Positions 49,130-59,580 of a stretch of DNA of 64,000 nucleotides are shown here, piece after piece. The notes under the pieces are model-generated. The model made no database searches, was not told where the DNA came from, and saw nothing but the letters and a program-made list of their open reading frames with translations. Within the stretch, counting starts at the first letter, position 1. Each line of letters opens with the position of its first letter. The position numbers were made by a program, and so were the translations under genes. Source of the DNA: Pristiophorus japonicus (Eukaryota); assembly GCF_044704955.1 (NCBI RefSeq), contig NC_091984.1, forward strand, positions 143,654,001 through 143,718,000. Direction: 5' to 3'.

Positions 49130-50670
49130 GAAGAATAGGCAGATATTTCAGGAGAACCCTAAGGGGAATCTCGCTCTCTAACCAGTTTTGTGTTCTGAAA
49201 TTCGGTGTGGGAGATGTTTCCCAAGGATAATTCAGCCTGCTCCAAGACCACAGCACCATGTGTGGCTCCGCTGTACGGGACGGGTTGACAAGGGGGGGTG
49301 GGGGGTGGACAAGGGGAGGTGGGGGTGGACAAGGGGGTGTGGCGGTGGACAAGGGGGGGGCGAGGGAGGAGAAAGGTCAAGAGAGCCATAGTTATAGAGG
49401 ATTCTATAATCAGGGGAGCAGACAGGTGTTTCTGTGGCATGAGTCCAGGATGGTATGATGCCTCCCTGGTGCGAGAGACAAAGATATCACAGAGCAGCTG
49501 CAATCCATTTGGAAGGGGGAGGGTGCACTGCCAGACATGTCAGACTGCCAATGACATGGGTAGAAAGAGGGACAGGAATGGCAACTCAACGTTCCTGGTT
49601 ACAGGGCTTTCAGATGAGATAGAGAGAGGGTTTAAAATGAGGCATCGTGACATTATTGGTTAAAGAAACAATTATAGCTGTGAGAATGCATGTCATGTTA
49701 GACGAATCTTCAACTGATGCTATATGGATTGCAATAAGGAATAAAATAGGGACAATCACATTGCAACGAGTGTACTATCAACCCGCAAACAGTCCGAGGG
49801 TGATAGGAGAGCACATTTGCAGGATCATTTAACACAAGTGCAAAAACAATAGGGCAGTAATAGTGGGGGATTTCATTTAGCCCAATATTAGCTGGGATAC
49901 AATCAGTGCTAAAGGTACAGGCGGCCCAGAATTCCTAAACTGTATTCAGGAGAAGGTTTTTCGACAGTTAGCCAGCCTAACAAGAGTGTGGGGGATCAGT
50001 TCTGGATTGAGTGTCAGGGAATGAAGCTGGGAAGGTGGCAGGGATATCAGTGGGAGAGCATTGTTGTGGAAGTGATCATAATTCAGTTAGATTTAGCATA
50101 GTTATGGATAAGGACAAAGATAAAACTGGAGTAAAGGTTCTAAATTGGGGGAAGTCCAATTTTACTGTGTTGAGAAGTGATTTAGCCAAAGTGGACTGGA
50201 AACAGCTACTTAAGCTACAGTGGGAGGCATTCAAGAGGGAGAAACAAGGGGTTCAGAGTAAACATGTTCCCACAAAGAAAATAGAAGAACTGCCAAATTT
50301 AAAAGCCCCTGGATGACTAGGGGCAGAAAGGGGAAGATAAGGCAAAAAGGGAAGCTTAGATCAGATATCGAGAGCTCAATACTGCAGAAAGCCGAGAAGA
50401 GGATAGAAAGTGTAGGGGTGACATCACAAACACAATTAGGAAAGCAAAGAGAGAGCATGAAAATATATTGGTGAGTAGAATTAAAGAAAACACAAAGATA
50501 TTTTCTCAGTTGATAAAGAGCAAGAGGATAAGTAAGGAAAGAGTAGGGCGGAGGATGGGGTAAGGTACTTAATGAATCATTTGCCTCTATCTTCACAAAA
50601 GAGGGGGACCATGCAGATGTTGAAGATAAGGAGGAAGAGAGAGAAATATTGGACGGGATAAACATAGTGA
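49130..50670 (+). mobile_element. Old, heavily deleted CR1 (ORF1 and APE remnants)
   Basis: AIVIEDSIIRGADR, YYQP and GSDHNSVRF motifs. Confidence 0.7.
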
Positions 50671-51069
50671 ACGCCAATGCCTCCAATGCTTCATTGCAGA
50701 ATGTGCAGGCTCTCTCCCTGGGGCGTGGATCTGCCATGAGTACAGCTGCTTCTGTCCTCTGGCTCCTTGTCCTTGTCCTGCTCCTTGCTGAGGCAGCTGC
50801 ACAGCCAGCAATGCTGAGAATGAGCTTCTGCAGCATCAATCAGCCTCCCCTTTAAGAACTAGAACCAGCCGGTGAAAATGATGACTTGCAATTAAACTGC
50901 ACGTGATATTGGTCCACCTTTTGAGTGTAATGCCAATGAGCTTGGTCTTAAAGACTTGAATTAGCGCTCCAATCATTTCTTTGAGTGGTCAGAATGAATT
51001 TTGCGTACAATCTAAAGCATTAGCACCTGGCGCTAATTCTCCAACTTTTCAAATGATACTGGCCATTCC

Positions 51070-51895
51070 TGGATATAAATAGTTTCTTCCCATTGTCTTT
51101 GTTCCCTAGCCACAAAATCCGTTCCCTAGGCACCAATTCCATCCCTCTCCCTTGCAACTGACTGAGCTGAACTTTGGTGGTATAGTTGACACGTGATGAG
51201 CTTCTGAACACGTGCCATCACGAAGACTGCCAATTTGCACCTCTGTAACATCGCCTGTCTCCACCCCTGCCTCAACACATGCCCAGCTGAAACCCCCATC
51301 AATGCCTTTGTTAACTCTAGACTTGACTATTCCAATGCTCTCCTGGCCGGCTTCCCACATTCTACTCTACGTAAACCTTAGGCCATATAAATCACTACTG
51401 CCTGTATTCTAATTCTCTCAAAGTGCTTGTTCACCCACCGCCCCTGTACTCGCTGACCTACATTGGATACTTGTTAAGCATTGCCTGGATTTTAAAATTC
51501 TCACCCTGATATTCAAATCCCCCATAGCTTTGGCCCTCCCTATCTCTATAATATCCTCTAGCCCTACAATCCTCGCAGATAGCTGCGCTCCTCCAATTCT
51601 GGCCTCTTGTGCACCTCCCATTATAAGGGCTCCACTATTGGTTGCCGTGCCTTAAGATGCTGAAGCCCTAAGCTCTGGAAATCCCGCCCTGTACCTCTCC
51701 GCCTGGCTCCGACTCTTTCCTCCTTTCAGACTCTCGTTAAAACCTACCTCATTGACTAAGTATTTGGCCATTGGCCCTAATATCTCCTTATGTGGCTCAG
51801 TGTCAAATGTTGTTTGATAACGCTCTTATGAAGCGCCTTGTGGTGTTTCACTGCTTTAAATGTGCTGTATAAAGGTACGTTTTTGTTGTTGTTGT
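51070..51895 (+). mobile_element. L2 LINE 3' fragment (older)
   Basis: Homologous to 1251-1978; (TTG)n tail. Confidence 0.72.
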
Positions 51896-52499
51896 ATTTA
51901 TGATAAAAGTATAAGAAATAGGAGCAGGAGAATGCTATTCAACCGATCGAGCCTGCTCTGCCACTCAATAAGATCATGGCTGATCTTCTACCTCAATTCC
52001 ACCTTCCCGCACAATTCCCGTAATGTCTTGTGATCGAGACAGTGCCTGGGGTTGCCCTGAATTTCTGAAATACTTGGTACCCCTTTATAAACTGAGACAC
52101 TCTCATAAACCCCTGTTAACACTGATACAGTCCAAGGACTCCCTGACTGTCTACTGTCCTCGGCATCCCTATATACACTGACTCACTGTCTCTGAGAGCC
52201 TAAATAGTGACCTCATTTGGGGATGTCCTAAATGAATAGTGTCCTTGACACCCTTTTAAACATTGACCCAATCTCACACAATCCTTTGATGCTGACACAG
52301 TCTGGGTACTACCTGAATGATACAATACTTGGTGCCCTTTTTACATATTGACCAATGCAAATAATGAAAGTATTGGAGACCGCATTTTGTACATTCCAAA
52401 TACCACTGCCCTATCATGTTTGCCTGCTGATTTATTCCAGTTGCCCAGCCCTCATAAAGTTAAAGGACTTCCTGGCCATTTGCTTGGAGCACTGTTAGA

Positions 52500-53090
52500 A
52501 TCATAAGAACATAAGATAAGGACAATAGGAATAGCAGCAGAAGTAGGCCTTACAGCCCCTTGAGCCTGCTCCACTGGTCTATAAGATCATGGCTGAAGTT
52601 GGACCTTAACTCCACCTTCCCGCACTATCTATTTTTAGGCTGGATAGCTCTTGGTCGGCCGGCACGGACACAATGGGCCGAAATAGCCTCCTTACATGCT
52701 GTAAATTTCTATGAATCTATGATCTCCATATCCCTTGATTCCCCTCGAGTCCAAAAATTTAGCAATCTCAGCCTTGAATATACTCAACGACTGAGCATCC
52801 ATAGACCTCTCGGGAGAAAATTGCAAAGTTTTACACCCCTCTGACTGAAGAAATTCCTGTTCCTCTCAGTCTTAAAGGGCCTGCCCCTTATCCTGAGACT
52901 ATGCCTCCTAATTCTAGACTCTCCAGCCAGGGAAATAACCTCTCAGCATCTACACTGTCAATCCCTCTCAGAATCTGAAGTGTTTCAATGAGATCAGCTC
53001 ACATTGTTCTCAAGCTCAGAGAGTATAGTCCAATCTACTCAATCTCTCCTCACAGGACAACGCACACATCCCAGGAAATAATCTTCTGAT
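52500..53090 (-). mobile_element. CR1 3' fragments
   Basis: EERLSRL..., 3' UTR and TTCTTATG tail on the minus strand. Confidence 0.7.
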
Positions 53091-53099
53091 TCTCATCAA

Positions 53100-53870
53100 T
53101 CTGATGATAAAAGCTTGCTGGGAATGTAAGTTGTGAGGAGGATGCAAAGAGACTACCAGGGGATATAGACAGACTAAGTGAACAGGCAAGACATGGCGGA
53201 AGGAATATAAAGTGGAGAAATGTGAAGTTATCCACTTTGGTAGGAAAAATAGAAAAGCAGAGTATGTTTTAAATGGTAAGATTGGGAAATGTTGGTGTTT
53301 CGAGGGATGTGGCTGTCCTTGTACAACAATCACTGAAAGTTAATATACAGGGACAGCAAGTAATTAAGAAAGCTCATGGTATGTTGGCCTTAATTACAAG
53401 AGGATTTGAGTTTAAGAGTAAAGACGTCTTACTACAATTATACAGGGCCCTGGTGAGAAGGCACCAGGGGTATTGTGTACAGTTTTGTTCTCCTTACTGA
53501 AGGAAGGATATACTTGCCATTGAGGAAGTGCAACAAAGGTTCACCAGGCTGATTCCTGGAATGTGGTGATTGTCCTATGAGGAGAGATTGAGTAGACTGG
53601 GCTTATATGCTCTAGAGTTTGAAAGAATGAGAGGGGATCTCATTGGAACATACACAATTCTGACGGGGCTTGACAGGGTATATGCAGGGAGGATGTTTCC
53701 TCTGGCTGAGGAGTCTAGAACCAGGGGTCACTGTCTCAGAATAAGGGGTTGGCCATTTAGGACTGAGATGAGGAGAAACTTCTTCACTCAGAGGGTGGTG
53801 AATCTCTGGAATTCTCTACCCAGAGGGCTGTGGTGGCTCAGTCTTTGAGTATATTCAGGACAGGATGGTG
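53100..53870 (+). mobile_element. CR1 RT C-terminal fragment; remainder at 54915-55093
   Basis: LLQLYRALVR, RGDLI and FFTQRVVNLWNSLP motifs. Confidence 0.82.
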
Positions 53871-53879
53871 ACAATTTTT

Positions 53880-54900
53880 TTCGGACAGCCGAATTTGAGA
53901 AGGACACTCTATAATCCCTCATGGTTGACAGAGTCGAAGGCCTTTGTGAAGTCAAAGAAGGCCATGTACAGAGGTTGATGCTGCTCCCTGCATCTCACTT
54001 GAAATTGATGTGTGGTGAAGACCATGTCTGTTGTGTCCCTTAGTGGGCAGAATCCACATTGTGACTCTGGAAGGAGCTCTTCAGCCATTGGGAGGAGACG
54101 ATTGAAGAGGATTCTTGCGATAATCTTTGCAGTGGCAGACAGCAGGGTAACTATTCTGTAATTACCGCAATCGGATTTGTCCCCTTTCTTGAAGATGATT
54201 TCGATCATGGCTTCTCTGAGATCCCCAGGCATGCTCTCCTCCTTCCAGATAAGAGAGATGAGGTCATGGATTTGCGTCAAGAGTACTTCTCCGCCATGCT
54301 TTAGTACTTCGGCGAGGATTCCATCTGCTCCTGAGGCCTTGTTATTCTTCAGTTGTTGGATGGCCTTTTCATCCTCATGCCGGGCTGGGATTGTGCTGAG
54401 GTGGTGGTGGGCAGCTTGCTGTGGGATGGAGTCAAGGACACTCTCATCAAAGACATATCCTTGGTTGAGGAGATCCTCGAAGTGCTCCTTCCAGCAGGCA
54501 CTGACTGCATCTCTGACCTTGATGAGCACTCCTCCATTCTTAGCTCTCAGTGCAGTAGGACCTCAGTGCTTGGGCCATAGGTGGTCTTGATGTGCTAAAA
54601 AATCCACCCTCGTCGTGGTTGTCGAGTCGTTGCTGGATCTCCTGCACTTTTTCCACCCACCATCTGTTCTTTAGGTCACGAGTTTGTTGTTGGACTTCGG
54701 CCTTCAGTTGTCTATAGATCTGCTTTCTTTCTCTCGAGTTGTGGTGTTGTTTTCAATTCAAGAATGCCTTGCATTTACAGTTTATTAGCTCCTGGATCTC
54801 CTGGTCCTCCTCATCGAACCAGACTTGATGTTTCCTGGTCGAGTAACCAAGAGTTTCTTCACAGCTGCTAATTATTGTGCGCTTGAGGTCAGACCAGACT
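53880..54900 (-). mobile_element. RTE-clade LINE RT fragment
   Basis: KASGADGI.AE, FKKGDKSDCGNYR, ESQCGF and FFDFTKAFDSVN motifs. Confidence 0.85.
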
Positions 54901-55208
54901 GCCTAAGAAGAAGGATATTCAAGACGGAGATCGAAAGATTTTTGGATGTTAAGGGAATCAAGGGATACGGGGACAGTGCAGGAAAGTGGAGTTAATGTAG
55001 AAGGTGTGCCCTGATCTCATTGAATAGTGGAGCAGGCACAAGGGGCCGAATGGCCTACTCCTGCTCCAATTCTTTGGTTCTTATGTTCTTATGAACCATT
55101 GTTGCAGCTCCTGCACAGCGAGCTTCTGGGTCCAATGGCAATGGTGCCTCAGAGCCAGGGTGCCCCAGAGCGAGGGTGCCCCAGAGTGAGGGTGCCCCAG
55201 AGCCAGGA

Positions 55209-55448
55209 TTTTTTTTTTTTTAAATCCAATTTCGTTCCAGATCAACTCTAACGCCAAAGATCACTTTGCACCAATGTGTTTGATCTTAGGCCAAAAGGCC
55301 GAGAGGCGAAGTTGCACCGTTCCTGGAAATATTGCAATACCAGGTCGGTGCATGGAGTGGACGGGGCATGCCCCTGATCCAGCTCCCTGTCCAAAAATCA
55401 ATTCAATATCATGTCCCCAGAGAGGATATTAAACTGATAAGAACAGAT
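55209..55448 (-). mobile_element. U2 snRNA-derived SINE-like element B (U2 nt ~38 to end, second U2 5' stem, unique tail, poly(A))
   Basis: ATCTGTTCTTATCAGTTTAATATC...ATTTTTGG...ACCTGGTATTGCAATATTTCCAGGAACGGTGCAAC, then TCGCCTCTCGGCCTTTTGGCCTAAGATCAA, tail and A13. Confidence 0.85.
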
Positions 55449-55773
55449 TTTTTTTTTTTTTTTTAATTTTTCGTTGCCAATCTTTCCAATCCTTTGTCAA
55501 ATCACAAACGCCAGAGGTCACCTTGCACACATCAAGGATCACTCTGCGCCAATGCTCTTAGCCAAAAGGCCTAGAGCCACTGCACCGTTCCTGGAAGTAC
55601 TGCAATACCAGGTTCGTGCCATGGAGGTGGATGGGTCAAGCCACCCCACCCACCTCCTATTTCCAAAAAGCATAGGAGAACCACCTTCCTGATCCAGGGA
55701 GAGCCACTTTGGGGTCATGGTTATTCCCCTGTCAGGTCAGTTACGCATGATCTTAGCCAAAAGGCCGAGAAGT
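55448..55773 (-). mobile_element. U2/U1 chimeric SINE-like element A (U2 5', U1 5', U2 3' half, U2 5', tail, poly(A))
   Basis: CTTCTCGGCCTTTTGGCTAAGATCA; ACTGACCTGACAGGGGAATAACCATGA (U1-like); GATCAGGAAGGTGGTTCTCC (U1-like); ACCTGGTATTGCAGTACTTCCAGGAACGGTGCA; A17 tail. Confidence 0.85.
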
Positions 55774-56725
55774 GTGCCCCAGAGCCAGGATGCCCCAGAG
55801 CCAGGGTGACCAAGTGCGAGGGTGCCCCAGAGTGAGGGTGCCCCAGAGCCAGGGTTATCCCGAGCCAGGGTGCCCCAGAACCAGGGTGCTCCAGAGCCAG
55901 GGTGACCAAGTGCGAGGGTGCCCCAGAGTGAGGGTGCCCCAGAGCCAGGGTGCCCCAGAGCCAGGGTGCCCCACAGCCAGGGTGCCCTTGCTAGGGGTTT
56001 GGAGGAGTCGGCCTCCAGCACTGTGCGTGTCTCCCAGCACACCTTGCAGCCCATCCTTGGCAGCTTGCAAAGCATGGTGGGCTCGCAGAGAGAGGGTGGG
56101 GACCCAGAACTCACGCCACGTGTCACGGGGGAGGGAGCAGCAGCTATTGCAGCACAGGCTGGTGCAACGCAATCACTTACTGCTGTAATGGGCTCAGTGC
56201 TTGGTGGCATAAAGACTGGGTCTGCTCTCGTGCACGCTCAGTCCGCTCTCATGCATGCTCGGTCTGATCTAGTGCACGCTCGGTCTGCCCTCGTGCACGC
56301 TTGGGCTGCTCCCGTGCACACTCAGTCTGTTCCCGTGCACGCTCGGTCTGTTCCCGTGCACGCTCAGATCGATGCCATGCAAGCGCTGACTGCTGCCATC
56401 ATTTCTGGGTTCCCCGCAGTTCAACAGAGAGGTCATGGTGCCGAAGCAGGCCTGCAATCTGTGCTCGATGAGATTGGTCCGGATGCTGAGGCACTGAGGG
56501 GGAGTGGCAGTGGGTCGGTAGAAATGGAAGGTGTTGCCCTCTCTCAGGATATCAGCATTCCTCCCACCACTGCCACTTCACCATTGCAGTTGGCGCTGTC
56601 TGCACCCCAGCCGTCCGAGACTGCTGCTGCCCAGGCTGAGGTGGTGCAGAACTGGTCCAGGGCATCCTGCTAGGCCATGTACAGTCTCTGTATGGCATAC
56701 TGAGCAGCGGTGGGGGGGCGGGGTT

Positions 56726-56992
56726 GCATACCATTATTTTCCCCGGGAGGGGGGAGGGGAAACATAGGGACGTACCATTATTGTCCCCGGGTCGGGGAAC
56801 ATATCATTATTATCCCCAGGCTGGGGCGAGACGTACCATTATTGTCCCCAAGGGGCGGGGGGACGGGGGGGAACATACCATTATTGTCCCTGGGGCGGGG
56901 GGGAGATGGGAACATAAACATTATTGTTCCTGGCGAGAGGGGTGGGAACATACCTTTATTGTCCCTGGGGGGGAAGAGGGAGAGGTGAGGGC
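56726..56992. repeat. G-rich ACATACCATTATTGTCCCC minisatellite
   Basis: Same unit as 2520-3066. Confidence 0.82.
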
Positions 56993-59580
56993 TGTTATGT
57001 ATGCAACCCGAGGTAACCTGTATCACACCGGCACCAGAGGGCGTACCTGTTGGAGTCCCAAGGGCTCCCAGCATCCCTTGGGAGCACTGTATATAAGCAG
57101 GCCTCCCATACTGTACCAGCACTTGGAGTTTGAATAAAGGAGCTAAGGTCACACTCATGTCTACAATACTCACTTACATTACTTTATCATGAGCTTAACA
57201 CCTGGTGACGAGATAATGAACAATCATGCGAAAATGCAGAGAACTGTTGATACCCTGGAGAAATTCTCAGAAGGGGACGATTGGGAGATCTTCGGGGAGT
57301 GAATCGACCAATACTTCATGGCCAACAAGCTGGAAGGGGACGAGAACGCTGCCAAACGAAGGGCGATCCTCCTCACCGTCTGTGGGGCAACAACCTATGG
57401 CCTCATGAAGAATCTTTTAACTCCGGTGAAACCAACAACCAAATCATATGAAGAACTGTGTACGCTGGTCTGGGAGCACCTAAATCCGAAGGAAAGCGTT
57501 CTGATGGCAAGGTATTGATTTTACACGTGTCAACGGTTTGAAGGCCAGGAAGTGGCGAGCTACGTCGCCGAACTAAGGCGCCTTGCAGGACATTGCGAAT
57601 TCGATGGATTCCTTGAGCAAATGCTAAGAGACTTCTTTGTGCTTAGCATTGGCCATGATGTTATCCTTCGCAAACTATTGACGATTAAATCAACGAACCT
57701 GAGCAACGCCATAACGATAGCCCAGGCATTTATGACCACCCGCGATAACACCAAAACAAATTTCATGGTACAAAGAGGTTTCGGCAAGTACTGTACACAA
57801 AGTTACGTCATTTTCAGGTAGCAATGCATATGGCAGAACGTACACGCCTGCAGCTGCATGACCTCAGATGAACCAGAGTCTGCCATCAAATGTTAATGCG
57901 AGGCAGTTAACACCTTGTTAGCGCTGCGGAGGTGATCATCGAGTCCATCAATGCCGCTTCAAACACTGTGTGCAAAGTCTGTGGAACAATGGGATACCTC
58001 CAGCGAATGTGCAGACGAGCTGCAAACCCTGCAAACCACCACGTTGCAGAGGAGGATCGATCCATGGCAGATCAGGCTGAACTAGAGACTCGAACTGAGG
58101 AGGCAGAAGTGTCTGGGGTACACACCTTCACCATGAAATATCCACCGAGCATGCGAAAAGTTGAACTGGATGGAATTCCAGTATCCATGGAACTGGACAT
58201 GGGTGTGAGTCAGTCCATCATGAGCAAAAAGGCCTTCGACAGGCTGTGGTGCAACAAGGCACACAGGTCCAAGCTTAGCCCCATTCATACCAAGCTAAGA
58301 ATTTACACTAAAAAGCTGATCCCTGTTATTGGCAGCGCAGCAGTAACAGTCTTCGATGATGGAGCAGTGCACAAACTCCCACTGTGGATTGTACCAGGAG
58401 ATGGCCCCACACTGTTCGGCAGAAGCTGGCTGGGAAAAATCCTTTGGAACTGGGACGACATCCGAGCGCTTTCGTCCGTCGCCAACGCCTCATGTGCCCA
58501 GGTTCTGAGCAAGTTCCCGTTGTTGTTTGAGCGAGGCATTGGAAGTTTCTTGGGGGCGAAGGTGCAGATCCACTTGGTTCCCGGTACACGACCCATCCAC
58601 CACAAGGCACGTGCGGTGCCATACATGATGCGAGAGAAAGTGGAAATTGAGCTGGACAGGCTGCAGCGAGAAGGCGGTGGAGTTCAACGAGTGGGCCAGT
58701 CCAATTGTTCCGGTTCTCAAAGGCGATGGCACGGTCAGAATTTGTGGGGACTATAAAGTAACAATTAATTGTTTTTCGCTGCAGGACCAGTACCCGCTAC
58801 CCAAGGCAGACGACCTATTTGCGACCCTGGCTGGAGGAAAGACGTTCACCAAGTTGGACCTGAACTTGGCCTACAGGAGCTGGCGGAATCTTTGAAAGGC
58901 CTCACCTGCATCAACATGCACAAAGGTCTGTTCATCTACAATAGATGCCCGTTTGGGAATCGATTGGCCGCGGCAATTTTTCAAAGGAACACGGAGAGCC
59001 TGCTAAAGTCGGTTCCGCACACCATGGTTTTCCAGGACGACATACTGGTCACAGGTCGGAATACCATCGAACTCTTGAAGAACCTGGAAGAGTTTCTAAG
59101 TCGGCTAGATCACGCGGGACTCAGGTTGAAATGCTTGAAGAGTATTTTCCTGGTGCCAGTGGTCAAGTTATTGGGGAGAAACATAGAAACATAGAAACAT
59201 AGAAACATAGAAACATAGAAAATAGGTGCAGGAGTAGGCCATTCGGCCCCTCGAGCCCGCACCACCATTCAATGAATTCATGGCTGAACATGCAACTTCA
59301 GTACCCCATTCCTGCGTTCTTGCCATACCCCTTGATCTCCCAAGTAGTAAGGACTACATCTAAGAATCGCGGCAGACGGCATCAGACGGAGGCAATCAAG
59401 AATGCGCTGAGTACACAGAATGTAACGGAGCAGCGGACGTTCCTGGGATTCCTCAACTATTTGGATAATTTCCTCCTACCCAGGTTAAGCACCTTGCTAT
59501 ATGTGCTGCTACGCAAGGGAGATGACTGGGTATGGGGGAAATCACAAGAGGCTGCGTTTGAGAAAGCCAGAAATCTGTTA
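56993..59580 (+). mobile_element. Ty3/Gypsy element (5' LTR 56993-57200, PBS, gag, PR, RT), interrupted by CR1 insertions
   Basis: TGTT...AACA LTR and PBS TGGTGACGAG; proteins homologous to the 43368 element (LLTVCG.TTYGLMKNLL, ICGDYKVTIN, FQDD). Confidence 0.9.
59179..59361 (-). mobile_element. Short 5'-truncated CR1 insertion
   Basis: CR1 3' UTR with five TTTCTATG tail units inside the Gypsy RT. Confidence 0.88.

Larger units (their letters stand above)
55143..55986. repeat. 18-bp minisatellite (GGTGCCCCAGAGCCAG-like) interrupted by the snRNA-derived elements
   Basis: Units at 55143-55208 and 55774-55986. Confidence 0.88.

Noticed and set aside
55209-55773. Functional U2 or U1 snRNA genes
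   Set aside because: The pieces are permuted, chimeric, poly(A)-tailed and TSD-flanked, and the branch-pairing GTAGTA is absent
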